A DNA stretch of 64,000 nt from an uncultured bacterium (GTDB taxonomy: Bacteria > Actinomycetota > Actinomycetes > S36-B12 > CAIKAW01): contig CAIKAW010000047.1 in NCBI GenBank assembly GCA_903825575.1, positions 21,891 through 85,890 on the forward strand, in the 5' to 3' direction. A program made the translations under genes and the position numbers. Each line of letters begins with the position of its first letter. Positions within the stretch are counted from its first letter, which is position 1. The notes below the pieces were generated by a model. The model worked only from the letters and a program-made list of their open reading frames with translations. It was not told the origin of the DNA and did not search any database. This document shows, piece after piece, positions 23,596 through 36,848 of the stretch.

Positions 23596-24084
23596 ATGCC
23601 AAGTGACTACGCCAAGGCTCTTGGGGCGAAACTGCGGGCGATTCGCCAGCAGCAGGGACTCTCGCTGCACGGGGTTGAAGAACGCAGTAGCGGCGTGTGG
23701 AAAGCGGTCGTAATCGGTTCCTACGAGCGTGGCGATCGCGCCGTGACCGTGCAGAGGTTGGCGCAACTAGCCGACTTCTACAAGGTCCCGGTAGCCGAAC
23801 TCCTGCCTGAGGCTTCCGCTGGGGCAAACGCCGAGCCGGCCCCACGGCTGGTTCTCGATCTCGAACAACTTTCGGCAGTTCCTGCAGAGAAGGTTGGGCC
23901 GCTGGCTCGGTACGCAGCGGCAATTCAAGCTCAGCGCGGCGACTACAACGGTCGCATCCTGTCGATCCGCCAGGACGATTTGCGCACCTTGGCAGTGATC
24001 TACGACGAACCACCGAGCTTGTTGGCCGACCAACTGATTGCCTGGGGCGTTCTGAACCCAGAAGCCCGCGGTGCGATGGACTAG
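23596..24084 (+). CDS. bldD: BldD-family developmental transcriptional regulator (XRE-type HTH plus c-di-GMP-binding C-domain)
   Basis: 162 aa, MPSDYAKALGAKLRAIRQQQGLSLHGVEE...GSYERGDRAVTVQRLAQLADFY, a very close match to BldD as I recall it. It contains RGD-X8-RQDD. Confidence 0.88.
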   Translation: MPSDYAKALGAKLRAIRQQQGLSLHGVEERSSGVWKAVVIGSYERGDRAVTVQRLAQLADFYKVPVAELLPEASAGANAEPAPRLVLDLEQLSAVPAEKVGPLARYAAAIQAQRGDYNGRILSIRQDDLRTLAVIYDEPPSLLADQLIAWGVLNPEARGAMD

Positions 24085-25520
24085 TTGGTTCGGCCGCGCC
24101 CTTCAGGTCCGGAACCCATTAGGTGCACGCGCATTCCGTTCGTGGTGCCCGGTACGCCAGGCGGCACTCCGCCCACTAGGACGACCCGTTCACCCGGCAG
24201 ACTGCGCCCGTTCGCGATCAACGTCGCATCGACCCGAACCGCCATGTCGTCGGTGTGCATGACCGGCTCAACCAAGAATGTTTCCACGCCCCACACCAGC
24301 GCCAGCTGAGAACGCACCCGAGGCTTGGGTGTGAATGCAAGCAACTGAATGTGAGACCGATGGCGCGCCATGAGCCGCGCGGATCGGCCGGTCTCGGTAA
24401 ATGCCACCAGATATGCGGCCTCAATCTCATCGCCGACCTCGGCTGCCGCGCGCGTAACCGCCCGAGTCGTTCCACCACCCGATTCAGGCGGCAACGCAGG
24501 AAGTTGGCGCTCGGTCTGTACTTCAACGTATTCGATAATCCGCGCCATTGTCTCGACAACCAGCACCGGATGTGCGCCCACACTGGTTTCTCCCGAGAGC
24601 ATCAACGCATCGGCGCCGTCAAGCACGGCGTTCGCCACATCGCTGGCTTCGGCTCGGGTGGGCCGCGATGAAGTTTCCATCGAGTCCAGCATCTGAGTGG
24701 CGACAATCACCGGCTTGCCCGCAGTTCGAGCCAACATAACCGCACGCTTCTGCACCACCGGCACTTGCTCAAGTGGCAACTCAACTCCAAGGTCACCGCG
24801 GGCAACCATAATACCGTCGAAGGCCGCGATGATCTCGTCAAGATTGTCTACCGCCTGCGGCTTTTCAATCTTCGCCAGCACCGGAACGCGAATGCCTTCT
24901 TCGTTCATGATCTCCCGCACGCGATCGAAATCACTCGCGGTACGAACAAAAGACAATGCGATCATGTCAACGCCTAGCCGCAGCGCCCACCGAAGATCGG
25001 CGACGTCCTTTTCACTTAGCGCTGGCACCGAAACGGCGACACCAGGAAGGTTGATGCCCTTGTGATCAGACATCGTTCCTCCCTCGACCACGACGGTCTC
25101 AACTTCGGTAGCCGCGACTCTGGTCACGCGCAGGGAAATGCGCCCGTCGGCGACAAGAATTGGATCACCTACCGAGCAATCACCCGGCAACCCGGCATAT
25201 GTCGTTGAGCATCGGGCCCGGTCCCCTGGAACATCTTCGGTTGTGATGGTGAACGTATCGCCAACCTCGACATCTACTGGACCGTTGGCGAACGAACCCA
25301 ATCTGATCTTTGGTCCCTGCAGGTCGGCAAGAATCCCAACGCCGTGCCCAGATTCATCACCAGCGCGGCGGACGTTGTGATAAGCGGTCTCGTGATCGGA
25401 GTAGTCGCCATGCGAGAGGTTTAGGCGCGCGACGTTCATGCCCGCGGCAACGAGTGCGAGCACCTCATCGAAAGTGGAACAAGCCGGACCTAAGGTGCAG
25501 ACAATCTTCGCGCGACGCAT
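24081..25520 (-). CDS. pyk: pyruvate kinase
   Basis: I moved the start to ATG 25520 (MRRAKIVCTLGP). MVARGDLGVE motif present. Confidence 0.93.
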   Translation of the reverse strand: MRRAKIVCTLGPACSTFDEVLALVAAGMNVARLNLSHGDYSDHETAYHNVRRAGDESGHGVGILADLQGPKIRLGSFANGPVDVEVGDTFTITTEDVPGDRARCSTTYAGLPGDCSVGDPILVADGRISLRVTRVAATEVETVVVEGGTMSDHKGINLPGVAVSVPALSEKDVADLRWALRLGVDMIALSFVRTASDFDRVREIMNEEGIRVPVLAKIEKPQAVDNLDEIIAAFDGIMVARGDLGVELPLEQVPVVQKRAVMLARTAGKPVIVATQMLDSMETSSRPTRAEASDVANAVLDGADALMLSGETSVGAHPVLVVETMARIIEYVEVQTERQLPALPPESGGGTTRAVTRAAAEVGDEIEAAYLVAFTETGRSARLMARHRSHIQLLAFTPKPRVRSQLALVWGVETFLVEPVMHTDDMAVRVDATLIANGRSLPGERVVLVGGVPPGVPGTTNGMRVHLMGSGPEGRGRTN

Positions 25521-25603
25521 AAGTTCGACCCTAGCCTGCCGATTTGCTAACCAGCGACACGAATCCAACCCGCAACCCGGTTTTCATCGTGGTGTTAATC
25601 ACC

Positions 25604-27029
25604 TCAGACAACCAGTGACCGCTCGCTCGGCTGCACCGGGGACGGCAGATTCGTTGCCCCGGTCAGATAACTATCGACTGCGGCAGCTGCCGCGCGACCC
25701 TCCGCGATCGCCCATACGATCAGCGATTGCCCGCGGCCGGCATCTCCAGCCACAAAGACACCAGGCACCGAAGTGGCGTATGCGGCATCCCTAGCCAGGT
25801 TCCCGCGCGAATCAAGAGCCAGCCCGAGTTGGTCTGCGATGTGACTTGCATCAGGGCCGACGAAGCCCATGGCAAGCAAGACTAGGTCGGCCACAATCTC
25901 GTGTTCGGTTCCCGCAATCGGCGCGAAACTCGCATCGACCTGCACGATCCGTAGCGCACGAACCCGTCCGGACCCATCGTCGAGGAATTCAGTGGTGCTC
26001 ACGGCGAACACTCGATCGCCGCCTTCTTCGTGGGCGCTGGAAATTCGCAGAATTGTTGGGTACGTCGGCCACGGCGTCGCAGGTGGTCGCGTCGCCCCCG
26101 GTTGCGGCAAGATCTCAAGTTGCGTTACGGATGCAGCTCCTTGGCGGTGAGCTGTGCCAAGGCAGTCCGCGCCGGTATCACCGCCTCCGATGATTACGAC
26201 GTGCTTGCCGGCTGCGTCAATCGGCGAGTCGACCGGGTGGCGGTTAGCTGCCGGCAGGTACTCCATCGCCTGGTGCACGCCCGCAAGTGTTCGTCCTGGG
26301 ATGGGCAGATCACGGGCGATTGTTGAACCGATTGCGAGCACCACTGCGTCATGGCGACGACGTAGGTCCGCGCCCGTTAGGTCAACCCCAATTTCGATAC
26401 CGGGCCGAAACTTCACGCCCTCGGCTTCCAACTGAAGCAAACGACGATCGACGTGATGCTTCTCGAGTTTGAATTCCGGAATGCCGTACCTCAGCAGTCC
26501 GCCAATTTGATCGGCGCGTTCATACACCGCGACCGTGTGCCCGGCTCGGGCAAGTTGCTGCGCGACGGCCAATCCCGCGGGCCCGGATCCAACAACACCC
26601 ACCGTGCGACCCGAAAGGCGTGACGGCGGTTGCGGACGCACCGCACCATCATCAAATGCGCGGTCAATGATCGATACTTCGACTTGTTTGATTGTTACGG
26701 CATCGCTGGCGATCCCAACGACGCAGGCACTCTCGCATGGTGCTGGGCAGAGTCGTCCGGTGAACTCCGGGAAGTTATTCGTGGCGTGCAAACGCTCTGA
26801 TGCTCCGGCCCAGTCTCCGCGGAAGACCAGGTCGTTCCAGTCTGGGATGAGATTGCCCAGCGGGCAGCCCGAATGGCAGAACGGAATCCCACAATCCATA
26901 CAGCGCCCTGCTTGCGCACCAATGTCCAGGGTCTGTTCATCGGCATACACTTCGCGCCAGTCGCTCAGTCGAACATCGACCGGACGTCGTACCGGCGATT
27001 CCTTGGCAGTAGTCAGGAATCCTCTTGGG

Positions 27030-27037
<8 letters not shown>
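25604..27037 (-). CDS. gltD: glutamate synthase small subunit (NADPH)
   Basis: 477 aa with N-terminal Fe-S cysteines and two GxGxxG dinucleotide folds. The GTG start overlaps the gltB stop. Confidence 0.92.
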
Positions 27038-31598
<4,561 letters not shown>

Positions 31599-31936
31599 CT
31601 GCGGTTTCTCCTGCGCGTCGAACGACCTTGGTCGGGACGACGCTGGCCCGAACCACTGAGCGGCAGCCTAACCGATATCCCCGGGCGGTCGCGACCCGAT
31701 TTGCGGACTGCCCGCCAATCTCGAGCCGTAACCCATGAGGCCTTGCAACGCGCGATTCCACCTGCTTGCAACCGTGGCGGGCCTTGTGAGTCGGATTCCA
31801 TCCCCCAAGGTGAACGCTAGGTAAACAGCGCATGGCCGCTTTGCTGCATTCGGGTGAATCGGGACGTTCGTCCCTCATTGCTTCGGCCGAAGCCGTCGAT
31901 ACCGGAGTTGCACCAAGGTTGCAGGAGGCGGTCAGG

Positions 31937-32386
31937 ATGCGTGGAAGCAGGGTCCTACTAGTTGGAATCAGCGCCCTTATGGCAACACCGATAGCAATCG
32001 GTGTTGCCACGTCCGCCCTTGGCGCACAGTTGGCGCCCCGCACCTCCCTCTTGGTTAGCCAACCTGCAGCAGCGGCCCCAGTAGCCGCACAGACCGGTGG
32101 CTCCGACGTTTCAGTTGGGATTCCAGCGATCGCTTTTCAGCGCGATATTGCCGTAAAGGACGGACAGCTAATGGCAGCAGTGTTGGTAAATGCTGGCGAA
32201 CCGGCCGGCACGGTTCAAGTCGTGTCAGCCAGTGGCCAAGTCCTTGTCGCTGCAACAGCCACGCCGGGCGTTGCCTTGCGGATCGATATCGCAGTATCCC
32301 AGCAGCAGCGGGCTGGCCTTCACATCGACGTTAAGTTGGCCAACGGAATAACGGCCTCACGACTGGTGTCTCCGGCAACAAACTAA
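31937..32386 (+). CDS. secreted hypothetical protein
   Basis: ATG 31937 is preceded by AGGAGG. Signal-peptide-like MRGSRVLLVGISALMATPIAIGVATSALGA. I recognised no family. Confidence 0.55.
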   Translation: MRGSRVLLVGISALMATPIAIGVATSALGAQLAPRTSLLVSQPAAAAPVAAQTGGSDVSVGIPAIAFQRDIAVKDGQLMAAVLVNAGEPAGTVQVVSASGQVLVAATATPGVALRIDIAVSQQQRAGLHIDVKLANGITASRLVSPATN

Positions 32387-32417
32387 GGGCCACCGCAGTT
32401 AGCGCAGCGGAACTCGA

Positions 32418-32630
32418 CTACGGCTTGGTAGTAACTGTCGTCACAACCGAGCTGCCTGGTTTTGGAATCGAGGTGCCACCGGCCTTGAACGCCATGAACA
32501 TGCAAACCAGAAGTAGAGCAACTAGCGGTAGAAACCAGGGGCGGCGGATCAAAGAGCGAATCCCACGTGATGAGCGCCTCTTCTGGCGTTCAGCCCGCAT
32601 CCGCGCTGATCGAGTTATATCGCTGCTCAT
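32418..32630 (-). CDS. small single-pass membrane protein (hypothetical)
   Basis: Basic N-terminus (RMRAERQKRRSSRGIRSLIRR) followed by one transmembrane helix. It is the last minus-strand ORF after the surface-protein block. A mirror ORF exists on the plus strand. Confidence 0.35.
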   Translation of the reverse strand: MSSDITRSARMRAERQKRRSSRGIRSLIRRPWFLPLVALLLVCMFMAFKAGGTSIPKPGSSVVTTVTTKP

Positions 32631-32741
32631 GTTTATGTATCCTACGGTGGCGCTACCCACTCATTGAAATCCCAGCCGAGTTCAGGCTAGCCCCGCAGCT
32701 GGCTTGAACAACCTCCGCGGATCGGCATCGACCCAACAATG

Positions 32742-32779
32742 AACGGATGGGGCCGAAAGAATCTCCGACCCCATCCGTT
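32742..32779 (-). terminator. hairpin terminator downstream of the 627-aa surface protein gene
   Basis: 11-bp inverted repeat AACGGATGGGG/CCCCATCCGTT starting 16 nt after the TAG at 32795-32797. The U-tract is weak (UUCAUUGUU). Confidence 0.5.
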
Positions 32780-32794
32780 TAGAACCGCTTGTTT

Positions 32795-34630
32795 CTAGTG
32801 GACCAACACGCCAACGCTGGTAGCCACCCCGGTCAGGTAGCCAGCCTTGAACGCCGATACATATAGCGTCAAGACCTTCCCCTTGTCCGCTGCGACTGCC
32901 TTGTACGTCGTCGCTGTGGCGCCCGAACGCACGATTACCGTTCCACGCTTCCAGACATACAAGTAGCTCGTCGGAGCCAATGTCCAAGTGCCGCGACTGG
33001 CCGTAAACGTCTTGCCCACCGCCGCGATACCCGTGTAGACGATCTTTGGCTTTACGCTCGCAACTGGGGCAGCCCCTGCTGCCACCAACGCCACGGCACT
33101 GGAGGCCGGCACCGAACTCGTGGGGTTAGCCGCCGTCACCGTGCAAAGCACGCTCTTACCGACGTAAGACGCCGTGAGAACGCCCAAACTTGATGACGTG
33201 GCACCCACGATAGCCACCCCATTTAGCGCCCAGGCGTAGGAATACACGCCTGCGTACGTCCACGTCCCGGGGTTACAGCTGATCGCAACGCCAACGCGCG
33301 CCGCACCAAGTGCTGGTGCGATCACGTTCGCCGGCGCGGGCAGGGTCACCGTGTAAGTGATCGGCGAACCGGTCGAGTCAGAAGCAGCGAAAAGCCCGGT
33401 CGGCACGTAGGTAGCGGTGAATGAGTGCGCACCGATGCTTAGTGTCGAAGCAGCAACGGTCTTCACCGCAACACCCGAGCCGTTCAGTGCCACCCCAGAT
33501 GCGAGGACTGTGACGCCATCGCTAAAAGTGACGGACCCGGGAGGCACTGTTGCCGGCGTCGTCGTGTCGCTGACGGTCGCGGTCAGCACAACGGGGGTGC
33601 TGGTGTCCGCAGACGAGACTGGCGCGGCCACCAACACCGTTGAGGTTCCGTCAGGGTTGACGACGTTGAAGGTCAACGCGGCTGACGCCGACGCCGCATA
33701 AGACGCCGGCACCGACGCCGTGAAGGCAGCTGTAATCGAGTGGGACGCCACCGAAAGTGTTTGCCCAGAGAGACTGGCCAGACCAGTACCTGTGTTGTAA
33801 GTGGCAGCACCTAGATCAGTAACACCGTCGAGGAAGTGGACCGATCCAGCAGGGTGCGTGCTGTCCGCAGCGTTGACAGTCGCCTGGAAGGTAACTGCCG
33901 AGCCAGACGCAGTCGGGTTGGTAGCAGGCACAACTACTGGCGTGGTGATGCTCGTGGTCGTGGCAGCCACCGGCGGTACCGGGTAGACAACCTTCCAACT
34001 CCCGGCGGCCAGACCATCCCCGAGTGCTGACGCGCCCGTGTTGTACTCAATGTCGGCCGACCAGAAGTACTTGGCGTTGTTTAGTGCGCTGCTTGGAACA
34101 CCGATTCCACTGTCCTTCAGGCGGACTTGGATGATGTTCGCGTAGCCTGCCGTGGCATCCAAGGTCGCAACCTGTGCCGGCGCCTGGACGTTTCCGTCGG
34201 TGGCCGTAAGAGAGGCAACTGGGTCCGTAGACCCGAGTGCGGCAACGGGCGCCGGTGAGGCAACCGGGAAATTCGTCGAGGCCGACCCACTTACCGCGGC
34301 CCAAGTAGTGCTGTCGGCCTTGGTGTGGTCAGGGAAGGCGTAGCTAAGGGTTGCGAGGCTCGCGTTGGTCCGTGCCGGCGTTCCAGTCGTCCCTACAAAA
34401 TCGGAAATGTGCGTCAGGTCATTTCCGCCTGTGATCACACTTCCGGACGCGTCGTAGAAGACCAGGCCGCCCTTGGAATTGGGATCAAGATTTGAGCAGT
34501 TGAGCGCAGCAGTGAACAAACAGGGTCCCGTCTCCCACGGAGGTGCTGCAGTTGCTGACGCAGGTCCTGCCGCAGTCAGCAATGATGCAACGACGACCGC
34601 GGAGCCAGCTGTCGCTAGCAGGTGCCGCAT
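32795..34630 (-). CDS. secreted surface protein: N-terminal ~190-aa domain shared with the 637-aa paralogue, two bacterial Ig-like repeats and two C-terminal ~85-aa repeats
   Basis: ATG 34630 gives the signal peptide MRHLLATAGSAVVVASLLTAAGPASATA. The Ig-like units follow the pattern G.VTF.A.V...GSV.F.DG...L...H.ITA. Confidence 0.8.
   Translation of the reverse strand: MRHLLATAGSAVVVASLLTAAGPASATAAPPWETGPCLFTAALNCSNLDPNSKGGLVFYDASGSVITGGNDLTHISDFVGTTGTPARTNASLATLSYAFPDHTKADSTTWAAVSGSASTNFPVASPAPVAALGSTDPVASLTATDGNVQAPAQVATLDATAGYANIIQVRLKDSGIGVPSSALNNAKYFWSADIEYNTGASALGDGLAAGSWKVVYPVPPVAATTTSITTPVVVPATNPTASGSAVTFQATVNAADSTHPAGSVHFLDGVTDLGAATYNTGTGLASLSGQTLSVASHSITAAFTASVPASYAASASAALTFNVVNPDGTSTVLVAAPVSSADTSTPVVLTATVSDTTTPATVPPGSVTFSDGVTVLASGVALNGSGVAVKTVAASTLSIGAHSFTATYVPTGLFAASDSTGSPITYTVTLPAPANVIAPALGAARVGVAISCNPGTWTYAGVYSYAWALNGVAIVGATSSSLGVLTASYVGKSVLCTVTAANPTSSVPASSAVALVAAGAAPVASVKPKIVYTGIAAVGKTFTASRGTWTLAPTSYLYVWKRGTVIVRSGATATTYKAVAADKGKVLTLYVSAFKAGYLTGVATSVGVLVH
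32798..33340 (-). repeat. two tandem ~85-aa protein repeats (VG...GTWT...Y.Y.W...G..I..GAT...Y....GK.L...V.A)
   Basis: By-eye alignment of aa 447-535 against aa 538-627 of the 627-aa ORF. Confidence 0.55.
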
Positions 34631-34726
34631 CTTCACGTTGATTCCCTTCTTGGTTCTCCAGGTCCGGCGGAGCGCCATCCCTGGTTCTTGCGTTTAGCGA
34701 AAAGCCGTGCACTTGCCGGTCAGAAA

Positions 34727-35587
34727 TCAGTCAGGGGTCCTTGTTGCTGGTCGGCGCCTCGCCACGACGAAACCCAGACCAACTCCCAGCACAGGAAGAA
34801 CGATGAGGGCAACGAATACACCGGTGGAGATCCCTGCGAATCCCTTGCTGCCGGTTGACGACGCGAGCGCCAAGTTCACAGTTGCTCCGGTCTCCGAAGT
34901 TGACGGCGCCCCGGTTCCCACGATCTGCGGGGCCTCGGTGCCACCAATCAGCGTCGGCGCCACCGTGGGAATAGAGGAAGCGGGCAACTGCTGCACTTCA
35001 TCCGAAACCCCGGTTCCGTCCGTGCATGACACCGATCCGCCGCTAACAACCGTCCAGGTACCTCCGGTCACTTTGATCACAGTGGCCGGGTAGGGGCGGA
35101 GGTGCGGTACCGCGTTGACGTTCGAGTAGATCAGACGCAACTGGAGCAGCCCGTCCCACAATGGGGCGATGCTCGTGAGATCGACTAGCGGCGGGTCCAA
35201 GTACGTCGACTGGGCCATGGGGTGTTGCACGTTTGAGTACGAAGTTGAACCGGTGAACTGCTTGCCGCTCCACTCCCCTGAATTAACATTCTGTCGAGGC
35301 TGATAGATGGCCAGTGTCACCTTGCCTAGCGGGCCGACATAGCTCTTTGGCGCAGGAGTCGACGACACCGCGCGCCAAACAAATGGAATGTCGGTGGTCT
35401 TGCCAGAGGTGACCGGATGCCCCGACTTATCACACAGTCCGATGAAGCCCTGCGCATTGGCATCCGCGAAAGGTAGCGCCGGATCGGCAGCCTGTGCGGG
35501 CACAGCAAGCACCGCCGAGCCAACCAACAGCGCCAACACACCGAGCACTCGAATGATCATGTTGCGTCCTACGGATCCCATGTTCAC
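34727..35587 (-). CDS. secreted protein with C-terminal transmembrane helix and RRR tail (hypothetical)
   Basis: Signal peptide ending AQA/ADP. The C-terminus is ...GFAGISTGVFVALIVLPVLGVGLGFVVARRRPATRTPD. GTGA overlap with the upstream DUF916-like stop. Confidence 0.75.
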   Translation of the reverse strand: MNMGSVGRNMIIRVLGVLALLVGSAVLAVPAQAADPALPFADANAQGFIGLCDKSGHPVTSGKTTDIPFVWRAVSSTPAPKSYVGPLGKVTLAIYQPRQNVNSGEWSGKQFTGSTSYSNVQHPMAQSTYLDPPLVDLTSIAPLWDGLLQLRLIYSNVNAVPHLRPYPATVIKVTGGTWTVVSGGSVSCTDGTGVSDEVQQLPASSIPTVAPTLIGGTEAPQIVGTGAPSTSETGATVNLALASSTGSKGFAGISTGVFVALIVLPVLGVGLGFVVARRRPATRTPD

Positions 35588-36738
35588 CTTCCGTGCCTTC
35601 GTGGCCCCGCCGAAACAAGGTCGGACGATTTGTCGGACTCACCTTCAGCGGACTTGCCCCGACGTCCATGGTTCGGTACCGGCCGCGCGCCTCGGATTGA
35701 GCGCAGGTACATCACCACCAAGAAGAGCAATAGGAGTAGTCCGCCATCGCTCCACGGGACGGCCCAAATCCCAACCGCAGCCCTTGCCGTTGCTGCACTG
35801 GGATCTGCATCGCCGGCCGGAACCACGGGGGTCACTTGAACCTGGGCAGTCAGGTGCACCAATGCGGGCACACCAGTGACTGTGACGCTGACGACGGCGG
35901 AACCGCCCGGCAACAGCATCGGAAGGTCAGCGACTGCGGCCGCCGGGTAGGACAGTCCAACCAGCGAATGCAGCACCACCTGTTGCTGCCCGCCGAGGCG
36001 CACGTTGCCAGAGTTGCGCACCCGGTAGGTCACCACGGCTGCGCCGGTGCCGAATGGATTCACCGTACCGACGAAGTGCGCCTTCAAATTATCGACCGTG
36101 AGTTGGCCCTGGATAGCGCCGGCGACTCGGATCGCAAGTCGGATGGCAATTCGTTGCTCGAGTTTGAGATTCGCGGCGTGGCTGCCGTTAGCTTGACTCT
36201 CAGATACCACCGAGGCCACGACGCCGGCGAGATGGTCGCCGATGTATGCCTCAGGTGGTACCTGAATCGTGAAGTTCACGATGACTGTCGTGCGTGCGGG
36301 CACGACGACAAAAGGTTTTTCGCCGGGAGTGTGGAACGTAACCCAAGTCGCCACATCGGTCGGCTTGGCCAATCGGGGATCAAGTGCAAGGGAACCATCC
36401 GCAGCATTCCGAATGGTCGCGGCATACAGATTGAGCCTAAGTGCGTGCTGGCTCAGGTTCACCAATGCGATCTGATCGGAGATCACTCCGGTTCTGGCCT
36501 GGACGAAGTCGAAGTTGGCGCGTCGATCGACCTTGCCGTTGGTGGCCGGTCCGATCCCAAATGTGTCAACCGCGGGGGTCGCGATGGACGTCGACGCAGC
36601 AGGTGACGGGGCTGGAGTCCCGGCCGCCAGGGCCGCAGCATTAGGGGCCGCCGCTAGTGCACACGCCAAGGCCAAGGAAGCACCCATTCGACTTGAGTAA
36701 CCTGACCGCGCCACCTGCTCATCACATCTTGTCGACAT
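35584..36738 (-). CDS. DUF916/DUF3324-like cell-surface protein with C-terminal membrane anchor (CscA-like)
   Basis: The pattern NFDF...G.ISDQIALVNLS...L.LNLY...W.TF...FVVVPARTTVIVNFTIQVP...GDHLAGVVAS, plus a late transmembrane helix and a basic tail, resembles DUF916 proteins of WxL clusters. The start is uncertain. I chose ATG 36738 because it lies downstream of a strong hairpin. The ORF-track start is 36825. Confidence 0.65.
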   Translation of the reverse strand: MSTRCDEQVARSGYSSRMGASLALACALAAAPNAAALAAGTPAPSPAASTSIATPAVDTFGIGPATNGKVDRRANFDFVQARTGVISDQIALVNLSQHALRLNLYAATIRNAADGSLALDPRLAKPTDVATWVTFHTPGEKPFVVVPARTTVIVNFTIQVPPEAYIGDHLAGVVASVVSESQANGSHAANLKLEQRIAIRLAIRVAGAIQGQLTVDNLKAHFVGTVNPFGTGAAVVTYRVRNSGNVRLGGQQQVVLHSLVGLSYPAAAVADLPMLLPGGSAVVSVTVTGVPALVHLTAQVQVTPVVPAGDADPSAATARAAVGIWAVPWSDGGLLLLLFLVVMYLRSIRGARPVPNHGRRGKSAEGESDKSSDLVSAGPRRHGR

Positions 36739-36780
36739 GACTGGCAGCCCACGGGACGGTGAACGCCGGATTACGGAAGT

Positions 36781-36804
36781 GGGGCGAACCCGAAGGTCCG
36801 CCCC
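36781..36804 (-). other. stable intercistronic RNA hairpin with cUUCGg tetraloop
   Basis: The minus-strand RNA reads GGGGCGGACC-UUCG-GGUUCGCCCC (10 bp, one G-U pair). It starts 45 nt after the 637-aa gene stop and has no U-tract. Confidence 0.55.
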
Positions 36805-36848
36805 ACTTCGTAATGCTCGATCCATGAATACCGGACCGAGCTTTGGAT

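Noticed and set aside
32425-32667. The plus-strand 80-aa ORF that mirrors the small minus-strand membrane protein ORF.
   Set aside because: The minus-strand frame gives a classical basic N-terminus plus one transmembrane helix, with an ATG and a plausible RBS. The plus-strand product has no such features. Even the minus-strand call has low confidence.
34850-34867. LASSTG in the 286-aa protein as a possible class E sortase LAXTG sorting motif.
   Set aside because: It has one residue too many between A and T. It also lies next to a locus whose only sortase-like protein lacks the catalytic cysteine.
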